Shown in pieces: positions 39,311 through 50,688 of a stretch of DNA of 64,000 nucleotides (position 1 is its first letter; every line of letters begins with the position of its first letter). Origin of the DNA: Nitrospirota bacterium (GTDB lineage Bacteria; Nitrospirota; Thermodesulfovibrionia; Thermodesulfovibrionales; Dissulfurispiraceae); NCBI GenBank assembly GCA_963790025.1, contig CAWBMP010000004.1, positions 1,472,001-1,536,000 of the forward strand, read 5' to 3'. The notes below the pieces were generated by a model, which saw nothing but the letters and a program-made list of their open reading frames with translations, did not search any database and had not been told where the DNA came from. The translations under genes were made by a program, and so were the position numbers.

Positions 39311-40509
39311 TTATTTAGATAAGATGTACCCTCTGTTCTCCTTCAGCATCTTGAAAATAACACGGCAAAGATGACGACCAAGCGCACGTAGTGCCTGGTT
39401 ATGTTTCTTGCCTTCAGCTCTTTTTTTCTCATAATATTGTTGAGACTGCGGAACTTGTTTTCGGTGCCGATCTACGGCAACCATCATTGCGGCCTTAGCC
39501 CGAGTATTAACCTGCGTTGGTGGTTTTGATCCTTTTTGCTTGCCTGAACTATTGTCAAGATTCGCCATCCCAATATACAGAGCCAGACTTGCTTCGCTGC
39601 CAAAGCGCTCGATAGTTCCAATCTCTCCGGCGAGTTCAGATGTACAAATGGAACCGAATCCTGGAATGGTTGCGAGCGTTTGCGCAATATCCGAGCCGTG
39701 TGCAACACCCTCCATCTTTGCTTCAAGTGATTTTATCTTGGCATGGAGTTCCATCACGCGGATTGCATCTTCCTGGATCATTTCACCGACCCACTCGACG
39801 TCGTGACTAAACTGTGCTGTTTTCTGCCATTCAACAATAACAGAGGCATATTTCTTACCAATGCCCGGATCTTGCGGATAGTTGTTTCCCGCATGCGTGC
39901 AAGCGTGCGAAGGTCATCCGTGCTGGTCAGAAATCCAAGAAACCACATATTGTCGGCCTCACCGGTAATCTCCAGAAGTCCCGGACATACAGCGTGAAGA
40001 TCGGCCTGTAGGTTGTTTACTACCCGTACTCGCTCATCGACCAAACGACGCCGGCGCCGTGATAGCCGCTTTAGAATGTCGTTGTCCCGCGGCGTTTTGC
40101 GTACCTCCTGCAGCACATCCTTGGCTATCGGCAGATGATCTCGAAGCTGAAAAAGCTCCAGTCCTTTCCTTGCGTCGATTGCATCGGTCTTCGCGGCACC
40201 GGGGAATATCTCCTTGAATCGAGCAAGCTTGAGATTGTTGATATTGAAGAGGCGATAATTGCGGGCTCGAACGAGCGTGTCCAGCGGACGTGCGTAGCCG
40301 TTGAAGCCCTCCATTGCTACGGCAACGGGACAACTAAACCTTTGCTCCTGCTTCTCGATGCGACAGAAGAATTGCCGGAACCCTTCAGGTTCATGCACGA
40401 TTGAGAATTCATCGAGGACTTCACCGCTGGATAGGCCGATTGCAACGTTGTGACTGCGGCAGCCAATATCGACGCTTACACGCAGTTCGAGGGGATCATC
40501 TTTTTTCAT
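39311..40509 (-). pseudogene. IS110 recombinase with a one-base frameshift near 39865
   Basis: DEDD domain (VDIG, AMEG, KTDAIDA) and Tnp20 domain (TIPGFG, SSGK). Adding one C restores KIPGIG. Confidence 0.9.
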
Positions 40510-40519
40510 GTAGTCTCCT

Positions 40520-40725
40520 TTGCAGACAAGATTATCATCCTCAGGTCTCGTCTACTTACAGAGCCACATTTGGCACCATCCCGGTCGACCCTTTTGAGGA
40601 TGATGCAGATGACGGAGGCGGCATTTCAGACTCAAGTGAGCCTGAATGAACAGGCCACTGACCCCACAAGCCACACCCCCGTTAAGCATATCTTACATGA
40701 ATAAAGCTGCCATAGTCATCTGCAT
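40520..40725 (-). ncRNA. Putative IS110 bridge RNA
   Basis: About 230-nt non-coding end with two guide loops matching donor junction and target flank. Limits approximate. Confidence 0.7.
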
Positions 40726-40749
40726 AAATCCTATGGTAGACCCCCATGA

Positions 40750-41718
40750 ACCCTGCAAGGAGTCCGCAAACTTGTTTCGCTGTGGTTTTTTTATGAGGAC
40801 GTTCTCCGGCAGGTTGCTTCTATTAATTGCGGGGGCAACAAGACATTGCCGGCATATGGAGCGACGTGCAAACTTTGTCAGTGGCGGACTGTCTGCATCG
40901 ATGAGGTGAGCAAGGCAGAGGACCTGACGTTAATCCCGGAGCTGGGGCGGTCGAAACAGGATGACATGTTGCCATACATAAAAAACCTTTCGGACTTGGC
41001 TGATATCAATGTAGATTCTCTCGTTCAAGGTAAGAAAACCGTTATCCCTGGTGTCGGCCCGGCGACTTTGACAAAATTTCAGACCAGTGCCCGGCTGCAG
41101 TTGAACGGGTCCAGGCCATTTATCACGGAGCCGATAAGCTTCCTAAAAACCGAAAAGCAGCTTTTTTTTGATATCGAAACCGACCCTATGCGGGATATTT
41201 GTTATCTTCATGGGTTTACAGAGCGAAACAATGGGGATAGCAGCAAGGAAAAGTATTTTGCTTTCTTTGCTCTTGAGCCTACGCCGATGGAAGAAGAAAA
41301 GGCTTTTGCCGAGGCCTGGGAATATATCCGGGCTTCGCGGCCATGTTCTATTTATTATTATTCAAAATATGAGCGGACGATATGGAGGAAGCTTCAGAAA
41401 AAATATCCGCAGGTTGCAACGGAAGAAGAAGTAGAGGAGTTATTTTCTCAGGAACAGTCTGTTGATCTTTATTATGATGTTGTAAAGCCGAAAACTGAGT
41501 GGCCGACGCGGGATTATTCTATAAAAACTCTTGCAAAATATCTCGGGTTCTCATGGCGGGATGCGGACCCCTCCGGGGCCTCGTCGATAGAGTGGTATCA
41601 TAGGTGGGTAGAGTCCAAGGATGATTCTATTCGCAGGCGGATATTGGAATACAATGAGGATGACTGTATCGCCACGCGGGTTTTGCTGGATGGGATTATT
41701 GAGATGACGATGCGGTAA
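40750..41718 (+). pseudogene. TM0106-family RecB-like nuclease, 5'-truncated (HhH + RNase H-like domain remain)
   Basis: CKLCQWRTVC, IPGVGPAT, FFDIETDP, YSIKTLA, YNEDDC. Frame open to 40750 next to the IS110; N-terminal nuclease domain missing. Confidence 0.75.
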
Positions 41719-41931
41719 AACCGTGAAGGCACACAATACCCAATATCTGCGCAAGTCGCATCTTACGTGTAAATCAAGCATTGTTTGTCTCGTGGAACAG
41801 TTCGTAGCCTGCCTCCCTCTGCCGTTGGAAGAGTGGGCTCGGCTATATGTAACGACCAAAAACAGTATTTTTCTAAAGACTTGGTGAATATGCTATCATC
41901 CAAAGTAAAATCAAAGGAAGGCTAAGCTGAC

Positions 41932-44274
41932 GTGGATCAGGCAACGCACAATAAGATAGTTTCCTTTATCTGGGGCATCGCCGACGATGTTCTACGCGAC
42001 CTGTTCAAGCGTGGTAAATACCCCGATGTTATTTTGCCGATGTGCGTATTGCGCCGGCTCGATGCAGTGCTGGAGCCAACAAAGAAAGCTGTGATAGAAA
42101 CGAAGGAGATGCTCGATAAGGCCGGTATCACTGAGCAACGCGCTGCGCTTTGTCAGGCCGCTGAGCAGGCTTTTTACAATACCTCGAAGTTTACACTTCG
42201 CGATCTGAAATCCCGGGGTAGCCAACAGCAGCTGAAGGCCGACTTTGAAGCCTATCTCGATGGCTTCTCGCCCAACATTCAGGACATCCTAGAAAACTTC
42301 AAGTTTCGTAATCAGATTTCCACACTTTCGAAGTCCGACTCCCTCGGCACATTGATAGAAAAGTTTCTCGACACTGAAATCAACCTCAGTCCTAATCCTG
42401 TGCTCAATAGCGACGGTTCGGTGAAACACCCGGGTATGGACAACCACTCCATGGGTACCGTATTCGAGGAACTTGTCCGGAAGTTTAATGAGGAGAACAA
42501 CGAGGAGGCTGGCGAGCACTGGACCCCACGTGATGCCGTAAAGCTGATGGCCAACCTCATTTTTCTGCCTATTGCCGATGTTATACAGTCCGGCTCTTAT
42601 CTGCTCTACGACGGCGCACTCGGTACTGGTGGCATGCTCACTGTAGCGGAAGAAACACTGAGAGGTATTGCTTCTAAAAGCGGCAAGCAGGTAACCACGC
42701 ATCTCTATGGCCAGGAAATCAACCCTGAGACCTATGCTATCTGCAAGGCTGACATTATTTTGAAGGGCGAAGGTGAAAACGCCGACCACATCGTCGGCGG
42801 CGCTGAATGGTCCACGCTTTCGCATGATGCCTTCCCGGCTCGTGAGTTCGACTTTATGCTCTCCAACCCGCCTTACGGCAAGAGCTGGAAGAAAGACCTC
42901 GAAAATATGGGTGGCAAGGATAGTATGCGCGATCCTCGCTTCAAGATCACTCATGCAGATGACCCCGACTATTCCCTTGTTACCCGCTCCAGTGACGGCC
43001 AGATGCTGTTCCTGGCAAACATGGCTGCTAAGATGAATCACAAAACACCGCTGGGCAGCCGTATTGCCGAGGTTCATAACGGTTCGTCTCTTTTTACCGG
43101 AGACGCCGGACAAGGAGAGAGCAACATCCGGCGTTGGCTTATCGAAAACGATTGGCTTGAGGCTATTGTCGCCCTTCCGCTCAATCTTTTCTACAACACC
43201 GGCATTGCCACCTATATCTGGGTGCTTACCAATCGCAAGCCCGAGCATCGCAAGGGCAAGGTGCAGCTAATCGACTCAACTCAATGGTTCAAACCCCTGC
43301 GTAAGAATCTCGGTAAAAAGAACTGTGAACTCTCCGAGGAAGACATTCGCCTAATCTGTGACACCTATATAGCTTTCAAGGCAAACGAACAGTCAAAAAT
43401 ATTCCCCAACGAGCACTTCGGCTATTGGAAGGTCATTGTTGAGCGTCCGCTTCGCCTGCACAGTCAGCTTACAGTAAAATCCATCGAATCGCTACGCTTT
43501 GCCTCTGGTGACGAAGATATCCGCTCACAGCTCTACGATGAGTTTGGCGAGGCCCTGTTCGATAACTTCGTCAGTGTTGAGAAGTCGTTGGAAAAACGGC
43601 TGGCCGACTGGGGCGCGGGTGACGAAGAGGACGATGCCGAAGATGGCGCAACCGCGAAGAGGGGACTTCCGGAAAAGAAAAAGAAGAGGCTCCTCGATTC
43701 CAGGACTTGGGAGCGTGATGCCCGGTTCATGGAAACTGCTAATGTCCTGCGACAGGAAATCGGAGGTGATCTCTTTGAGGACCACAACATCTTTCGCAAG
43801 GTTGTTGAAACTGCGCTTGAAAAACTCGGACGCAAAGTCTCCCCTGCTGATTCGAAGCTTGTCCTCCGCGCTGTAAGTTGGAGGGTTGAAACTGCCCCCC
43901 CTGTTATAGCTAAGGTGCACAAACCGAGCAAGACCACACCCGACCCACTGCATGGGCGATATGAGGCCAAATTAGACGGCAAGCAATGCGTGATCGAATA
44001 CGAGCCTGACATCGACCTGCGTGACACGGAACAGATACCGCTTCTTGAACCCGGTGGTATCGAAGCATTCATCCGCTGTGAAGTGTTGCCATACACACCC
44101 GATGCATGGATAAAGAAAGACGCCACCAAGGTTGGCTACGAGATCAGTTTTACGCGGCACTTCTACAAGCCCCAGCCGCTACGCACGCTGAAAGAAATCC
44201 ACGCTGATATTCTCATAGTAGAAAAAGAGGCGGAAGGATTGCTGGACGAACTGCTCAAGGACGGGACGAAGTGA
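41932..44274 (+). CDS. hsdM: Type I R-M methyltransferase subunit
   Basis: IWGIAD, AGEHWTPR, GTGGML, GQEIN, NPPY. Confidence 0.96.
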   Translation: MDQATHNKIVSFIWGIADDVLRDLFKRGKYPDVILPMCVLRRLDAVLEPTKKAVIETKEMLDKAGITEQRAALCQAAEQAFYNTSKFTLRDLKSRGSQQQLKADFEAYLDGFSPNIQDILENFKFRNQISTLSKSDSLGTLIEKFLDTEINLSPNPVLNSDGSVKHPGMDNHSMGTVFEELVRKFNEENNEEAGEHWTPRDAVKLMANLIFLPIADVIQSGSYLLYDGALGTGGMLTVAEETLRGIASKSGKQVTTHLYGQEINPETYAICKADIILKGEGENADHIVGGAEWSTLSHDAFPAREFDFMLSNPPYGKSWKKDLENMGGKDSMRDPRFKITHADDPDYSLVTRSSDGQMLFLANMAAKMNHKTPLGSRIAEVHNGSSLFTGDAGQGESNIRRWLIENDWLEAIVALPLNLFYNTGIATYIWVLTNRKPEHRKGKVQLIDSTQWFKPLRKNLGKKNCELSEEDIRLICDTYIAFKANEQSKIFPNEHFGYWKVIVERPLRLHSQLTVKSIESLRFASGDEDIRSQLYDEFGEALFDNFVSVEKSLEKRLADWGAGDEEDDAEDGATAKRGLPEKKKKRLLDSRTWERDARFMETANVLRQEIGGDLFEDHNIFRKVVETALEKLGRKVSPADSKLVLRAVSWRVETAPPVIAKVHKPSKTTPDPLHGRYEAKLDGKQCVIEYEPDIDLRDTEQIPLLEPGGIEAFIRCEVLPYTPDAWIKKDATKVGYEISFTRHFYKPQPLRTLKEIHADILIVEKEAEGLLDELLKDGTK

Positions 44275-45713
44275 TCGCCGACCTTGAGCCCTATCCGGAA
44301 TATAAGGAGTCGGGTCAGACGTGGCTTGGCTCGGTGCCGAAGCATTGGGAAGTCGCTCGTCTTGGCTCTATCGGTGTTTTTTCAGCGAGTGGCATAGACA
44401 AGAAAACAGTGCGGGGCCAGCCGCTAGTTCGAATGATTAATTACTTAGATATTTATAAGAACGCCTTCCATGAATTGCGAGCGAGCAGAGTCTACATGCA
44501 AGTAAGTTGCCCAGAATGGAAACGACGCGCCCATTCCGTCAGTGTTGGAGACATTTTTTTCACACCTAGCTCCGAAACCGAAGATGAAATCGGCTATTCT
44601 GCTGTTGCTGTAGAAGAGCTGCCGAACACTGTCTATAGCTATCACGTGATACGCTTCCAACCAAAACTTAATATAGACCTGAATTTTCGAAAATACTTCT
44701 GTAATAACCATAGAGTTCTTTCTCAGTTTTCTGTTGCATGTACGGGAACCACGCGCAAGATTCTTTCACGAGACGACTTCCGGAACATTATTATCACACT
44801 CCCCCCGTCAGACGAGCAATCCGCTATTGGCCGGTTTCTCGATCATGCAACCCGACGGATAGAGCGAGCTATGCGAGTTAAACAAGAGGTGATCGCGCTG
44901 CTGAACGAGCAGAAGCAGGTCATCATCCAACGCGCAGTCACCCGTGGACTCGATCCCAATGTGCCCTGTAGACCCTCTGGCAGTTCATGGATCAAGGATA
45001 TTCCAACGCATTGGAAGGTGTTACGGGCGAAATATGTCTTTCGCGAGATTGATGAGCGCTCAATCACCGGATCGGAGGAATTGTTATCTGTTTCCCACAT
45101 CACCGGGGTCACACCACGAAGTGAGAAAAACATCACTATGTTTAAGGCATCATCCTACATTGGCCACAAGCTCTGTCGTCCCGGGGATCTGGTAATCAAC
45201 ACGATGTGGGCATGGATGTCAGCGCTTGGTGTTTCAAAACTCATTGGTATTGTCAGTCCCTCCTACGCAGTCTACCGTCCGCGCAATCCCGAAAAGCTCG
45301 TCGACGAATACCTCGATCATCTTCTACGGACACGCTTATACGTATCTGAATATATATGCCGTTCAACCGGAATCAGATCGTCGCGGTTGAGGCTTTATCC
45401 AGAGGAATTCTTTAAGATTCCTATTCTTCTACCGCCTGTTGAGGAGCAGAAGAGAATAGTTCATCAAATATCTTCGAAGACTGCTGACATGAGTACTGCT
45501 ATCCACCGCACCGAGCGCGAAATCACCCTGCTTCGCGAATACCGCACCCGCTTGATCGCCGATGTAGTCACGGGCAAGCTTGATGTGCGCAAGGCGGCGA
45601 AGAATCTGCCGGATGAGGCGGCTGAATCGGGTATAATGATGGATGAGGATGAAATACCGGCTGGGGATGATGAGATGGGGGACGGAATGAGCGCTGAGGA
45701 TGGAGAGTTATGA
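44271..45713 (+). CDS. hsdS: Type I R-M specificity subunit
   Basis: Two TRDs with LPP.DEQ / LPPVEEQ helices, LIADVVTGKLDVR; overlaps the hsdM stop. Confidence 0.95.
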   Translation: MIADLEPYPEYKESGQTWLGSVPKHWEVARLGSIGVFSASGIDKKTVRGQPLVRMINYLDIYKNAFHELRASRVYMQVSCPEWKRRAHSVSVGDIFFTPSSETEDEIGYSAVAVEELPNTVYSYHVIRFQPKLNIDLNFRKYFCNNHRVLSQFSVACTGTTRKILSRDDFRNIIITLPPSDEQSAIGRFLDHATRRIERAMRVKQEVIALLNEQKQVIIQRAVTRGLDPNVPCRPSGSSWIKDIPTHWKVLRAKYVFREIDERSITGSEELLSVSHITGVTPRSEKNITMFKASSYIGHKLCRPGDLVINTMWAWMSALGVSKLIGIVSPSYAVYRPRNPEKLVDEYLDHLLRTRLYVSEYICRSTGIRSSRLRLYPEEFFKIPILLPPVEEQKRIVHQISSKTADMSTAIHRTEREITLLREYRTRLIADVVTGKLDVRKAAKNLPDEAAESGIMMDEDEIPAGDDEMGDGMSAEDGEL

Positions 45714-46367
45714 GCCCTGTCCCTGCAGACCCCAAAATCTACCACATCACCCACCTGCGCAATTTGCCGGAGATTATTCAATCCGGCTGCCTTTGGTCTG
45801 ATGCCAAGCGCCTTGAGTTATGCCTTGACTGCGAAATCGTTGGCATGTCCGCGATCAAGCAGCGGCGACTAAAAGAAATTGAAGTCGATTGCAATTCGGG
45901 TACTAAAGTCGGTGAATACGTGCCCTTCTATTTTTGCCCTCGCTCGATAATGCTTTATATACTGCACATGGGCAACCATCCAGGATCTTAATTATCGGGA
46001 AGGGCAACACCCCATCGTGCATCTCCAGGCCGACCTGATGGCGACTATTCGATGGGCGAAGGATCATGGTGTCCTATGGGCCTTTTCTGATTGCAATGCT
46101 GGTACATACTACACCAATTTTTATAACCGAAGAAGAGATTTGGACAAGGTGAATTGGGCCGCTGTTCACTCGAGTGATTTCAGAGATATGCTTGTCAAAG
46201 AAGGCAAACAGGCCGAGTTTCTGGTCTATGAGTCCTTTCCCTGGCATCTGATAGAAAAAATCGGGGTTTGCGATACTCATATTGCTGATAAGGTGAATAT
46301 AATTTTGGATCGTGCCGGCATCACCCATCATCCGGCTATTCTTAAGAAGCCGTCATGGTATTATTAA
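45710..46367 (+). pseudogene. darT: DarT DNA ADP-ribosyltransferase toxin (DUF4433) with +1 frameshift at 45983-45984
   Basis: YHITHLRNL, YVPFYFCPRS, SDCNA, KQAEFLV. Removing one G gives HPDLNYREGQHPIVHL. Confidence 0.9.
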
Positions 46368-46382
46368 AGTAGGGGGGAAGTT

Positions 46383-47429
46383 ATGATAAAATTGCATCGC
46401 GGAGACATTCTAAAAGCTGATGCCGAGGCTCTGGTCAATACAGTAAACTGCGTTGGTGTTATGGGACGTGGTATTGCGCTGCAATTCCGCAAGAAATTCC
46501 CCGGGAATTACGAGGAATATCGGCAGATGTGCGACAAGGGCAAGCTCATGATTGGAATGATGATGGTCCACGATCTCCATAGTCTGATGAACCCTCGATT
46601 TATTATTAACTTTCCAACCAAGCGCCATTGGAAGGGGAAGAGCCGCATTGAGGATATTAAGGCGGGGCTAAAAGCTTTAGTCGAGGAAGTGCGTGCTTAT
46701 GGTATTCGCTCAATCGCGATTCCACCTCTCGGATGCGGACTGGGAGGGCTGGACTGGAATGATGTGCATCGGTTAATTGAAAAGGCTTTTAGTGAGCTTC
46801 CTGAAGTCCAGGTGTTTCTCTACGAACCTTCTGGAGCACCACCTGCCGAGGAGATGCCCAAAGAAAGGCGAATACCTCCGATGACCAGCGGGCGTGCTGC
46901 GCTACTGGGTCTGATGCAGCGTTATTTGCAAGCGGTTCTGGATCCATTTGTCTCGCTGTTGGAGATCCACAAACTGATGTATTTCATGCAGGAGAGCGGC
47001 GAAAATCTCAAACTGCGTTTTCAGAAGGGAACATACGGTCCTTATGCCGAGAACCTACGACATGTTTTAAGCGCTATCGAAGGGCATTTTATCAGCGGTT
47101 ATGGCGATGCCGAAGACCGTCCCGACAAGCAGATCGAGTTAATATCTGATGCTGTCGAGCATGCAGAATCGGTCTTGAGAGATAATCCTCAAACCATGGT
47201 TCGCTTTGATCGAGTAGTTGACCTGATCAAGGGTTTCGAAACTCCTTATGGAATGGAACTCTTATCAACCGTACATTGGGTTATTACACGAGATGACGCC
47301 GCAACAAGTGACGAGGCTATTTCCAAAACATACGCATGGAACGATAGAAAACGAATGTTTGCAGAGACACATATTCGACTGGCCCTGGATGTTTTACAGC
47401 GCAAGGGTTGGTTGAAGTTAGGCACATGA
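46383..47429 (+). CDS. darG: DarG macrodomain antitoxin
   Basis: VNTVNCVGVMGRGIALQF, INFPTKRHW, PPLGCGLGGL, YGPY, MELLSTVHW. Confidence 0.95.
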   Translation: MIKLHRGDILKADAEALVNTVNCVGVMGRGIALQFRKKFPGNYEEYRQMCDKGKLMIGMMMVHDLHSLMNPRFIINFPTKRHWKGKSRIEDIKAGLKALVEEVRAYGIRSIAIPPLGCGLGGLDWNDVHRLIEKAFSELPEVQVFLYEPSGAPPAEEMPKERRIPPMTSGRAALLGLMQRYLQAVLDPFVSLLEIHKLMYFMQESGENLKLRFQKGTYGPYAENLRHVLSAIEGHFISGYGDAEDRPDKQIELISDAVEHAESVLRDNPQTMVRFDRVVDLIKGFETPYGMELLSTVHWVITRDDAATSDEAISKTYAWNDRKRMFAETHIRLALDVLQRKGWLKLGT

Positions 47430-50400
47430 CTTCAGATACCAGTGAAAAAGGCCTCGAAGACCTGATCATGCGCTACATGACTGGCAAAGATGGTCTCGCG
47501 CCGGTCTCTACTGAAGGTGTGGCGGAAGAGACTGAGTCTATTGGCGGTAGCGGTTGGATCGCAGGGCATGCGGTCTTCTACGATCGGGGTCACGCACTGG
47601 ATTCAGCAGAGCTCTTTTCCTTCCTCCAGGCCACCCAGCCGGAAGAGTTCAAAAAACTCGGTATTGGAAACTACAAAGACACGAAGGATATCGCACGTCT
47701 GAAGTTTTTCGCTCGATTAAGCAGCGATATCGCCAAGCGCGGTGTGATTGACGTGCTCCGGCACGGCATCAAACATGGGGCGCTTTCTTTCGACCTGTTT
47801 TATGGCACGCCCTCACCTGGCAACGACAAGGCGACACGGTTATTCTCTGCCAACCGGTTCAGCGTTACCCGTCAGCTTCGATACAGCCTAGATGAGACAC
47901 GCCGGGCACTGGATCTGTGCTTGTTTATCAACGGCCTGCCCTTTGCGACTTTCGAATTGAAGAATAGCCTGACAAAGCAGACAGTTGAGGATGCCATGGA
48001 GCAATACAGACGCGACCGAGACCCAAGGGAGACGCTGTTTCAGTTCGGGCGCTGCATGGTCCATTTCGCTATGGATGACCACGAGGTGCGGATGTGCACC
48101 GCATTGAAGGGCTCAAAGGCGCCAAGGATTCATGGTTTCTCCCCTTCAACCAGGGCTGGAACGAAGGTGCGGGCAATCCGCCCAACCCGGCGGCGTTAAA
48201 GACCGATTATCTATGGAAGAAGCATTCTGATTCCTCGGGGAATCACCGACATCATGGAAAACTATGCCCAGATCGTAGAGGAGAAGAACGAGAAGACGGG
48301 GAAGAAGAGGCGAGAGCAGATTTTCCCCCGCTATCACCAGCTCGACGTGGTGCGCAAACTTCTCGCCGATGTGGCGTGAAATGGCGCCGGGCAAACGGTA
48401 TCTCATCCAGCACTCTGCTGGCAGCGGCAAGTCGAACTCCATCGCCTGGCTGGCGCACCAGTTATCGGGCTGCGCAAGGACGATGAGGAGGTTTTCGACT
48501 CAATCATCGTCATCACCGACCGACGTATCCTCGATAGGCAAATTCGAGGCGACAATCAAGCAGTTTCGCCCAGGTTTGCGCGATTATCGGGCGTGCAAAA
48601 GCGACGCCAGTCGAAACCTGCAGCTTGCAAGTTCATAGAGAGCGGCAAGAAGATAATCATCACCACAGTGCAGACGTTCCCCTTCATCCTTGACGAGATC
48701 GGAGAGGAGCATCGGGGCAGGAAGTTCGCCATCATCATTGACGAAGCCCATTCCAGCCAGGGCGGCCGTACAGCTGCCGCAATGAGCATGGCATTGTCCG
48801 AGCCGGGAAGACAGGATAAACGAAACGACCGAGGACAAATCAACCGCATCATCGAGTCGCGGAAGATGCTGACCAACGCCAGCTACTTCGCCTTCACAGC
48901 CACGCCGAAGAACAAGACCCTGGAGATGTTCGGCAGCCATATCCGGGTGAGGACGAGGTGAAGCACCGTCCTTTCCACAGCTACACGATGAAGCAGGCAA
49001 TACAGGAGGGTTTCATTCTCGACGTGCTCAAGAGCTACACGCCAGTGGACAGCTACTACAGCCTCGTCAAGACCATCGAGGGCGATCCGGAATTCGACAT
49101 GAAGAAGGCGCAAGAAGAAACTGCGACAGCTACGTCGAGAGTCACGACAAGGCCATCCGGCGAAAGGCCGAGATCATGGTAGACCACTTCCATGAGCAGG
49201 TAATCGGTCAGAACAAGATCGGCGGGCAGGCGCGGGCGATGGTCGTCATGCGGCGGATCAACGGGCGATCCAGTATTTCTCATGCTTTCCGCGAGTACCT
49301 CGAGAAGACGGAAAAGCCCGTACAAGGCCATCGTCGCCTTCTCCGGCGAGCAGGAATACAGGCGGCGAGAAGGTCAGCGAGGCAAAGCTAAACGGGTTCC
49401 CGAGCAACGACATCGCGGACAAGATTCAGGAAGACCCATATCGCTTCCTCATCTGCGCCGACAAGTTCCAGACTGGCTACGACGAGCCGCTGCTGCACAC
49501 GATGTATGTGGACAAGCCGCTGTCCGGCATAAAAGCCGTGCAGACGCTCTCTCGCCTGAACCGGGCGCACCCCAAGAAACACGACGTGTTCGTGCTCGAC
49601 TTCCAGAACAACACAGAGACAATCAAGTATGCGTTTGCGGACTATTACCGCACCACCATCCTCAGCAAGGAGACGGATCCGAACAAACTCCACGATCTAA
49701 AAGAGGCATTGGACAGGTATCAGGTGTATGCGCCGGAGCAGGTTGAGACCCTGGTGAAGCCTCTATCTGGATGGTGCGGAGCGCGACAAACTCGATCCGA
49801 TTCTCGACACATGTGTGGCGGTGTATGATGAACGAGCTTGACGAAGACGGGCAGGTGGATTTCAAGGGCAAGGCCAAGGCGTTCACCCGCACATATGACT
49901 TCCTCGCGACAATTCTCCCATACGGCAACGCGGAGTGGGAAAAACTCTCGATTTTCCTGAAGTTTCTCATGCCGAAGTTGCCCGCACCCAAGGAAGAAGA
50001 CCTCGCAAAAGGAATCCTCGAAGCCATCGACATGGACAGCTATCGGGCTGAGAAGAAGGCTGCCATGAAAATTATGCTTTCTGACGAGAACGCAGAGATC
50101 AATCCCATGCCGGTTGACGATGGTCACAGAAAAGCGGAGCCAGAAATGGATAGGCTCAGCAACATTCTGAAGATGTTCAATGAACAGTTCGGGACCCTCT
50201 TTACCGACGGCGACCGTATTATCCGTCGGATCACCGAAGACATCGCCCCGAAGGTTGCCGAGGACCAACCCTATCAAAACGCCAAGAAAAACACTCCGGA
50301 TACGGCGCGTATTGAACTGGACGCTGCGCTAATGCGTGTGGTCGGTCCTTTGCTGAAGGACGACACCGAATTCTACAAGCAGTTCGTTCAGAACGAGTCG

Positions 50401-50463
50401 TTCAAACGATTTGTGACAGACATGGTTGTCAAACTCACAGGCGGATCGAACGTTTACAGGTAG
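47426..50463 (+). pseudogene. hsdR: Type I R-M restriction subunit, fragmented by many frameshifts (about 48100-49830)
   Basis: ELKN nuclease motif, HSAGSGKS, IIDEAH, FTATPK, QTGYDEP, VQTLSRLNR spread across different frames. ATGA-coupled to darG. Confidence 0.92.
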
Positions 50464-50688
50464 CCTTTATTAATTAGATGTGAGACATTTAGGCGGCGCA
50501 TAACACCTGATTCTGAACAGTCCCGACATCTCAGGAACACCGTTGATTTCCGGGTATAACCTTGCGTCGCGCATGTAGCTTGGTCATTTGGACGCACTGA
50601 CTGAAAGCAAGTAGTGATAAGATAGAATGGATAGGTCCGCGAAGATTGGCCCCGTAGGCATTTGACCAGCATGATCTTGTAATAATAA

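Larger units (their letters stand above)
39279..40741 (-). mobile_element. IS110-family element bounded by a GT core dinucleotide
   Basis: Ends deduced from junction CGGGAT-GT-CTACC, which is matched by guide segments inside its own non-coding end. Confidence 0.8.

Noticed and set aside
42289..43248. 319-aa antisense ORF and other shadow ORFs in the track
   Set aside because: Antisense or alternative frames of well-supported genes, explained by codon bias.
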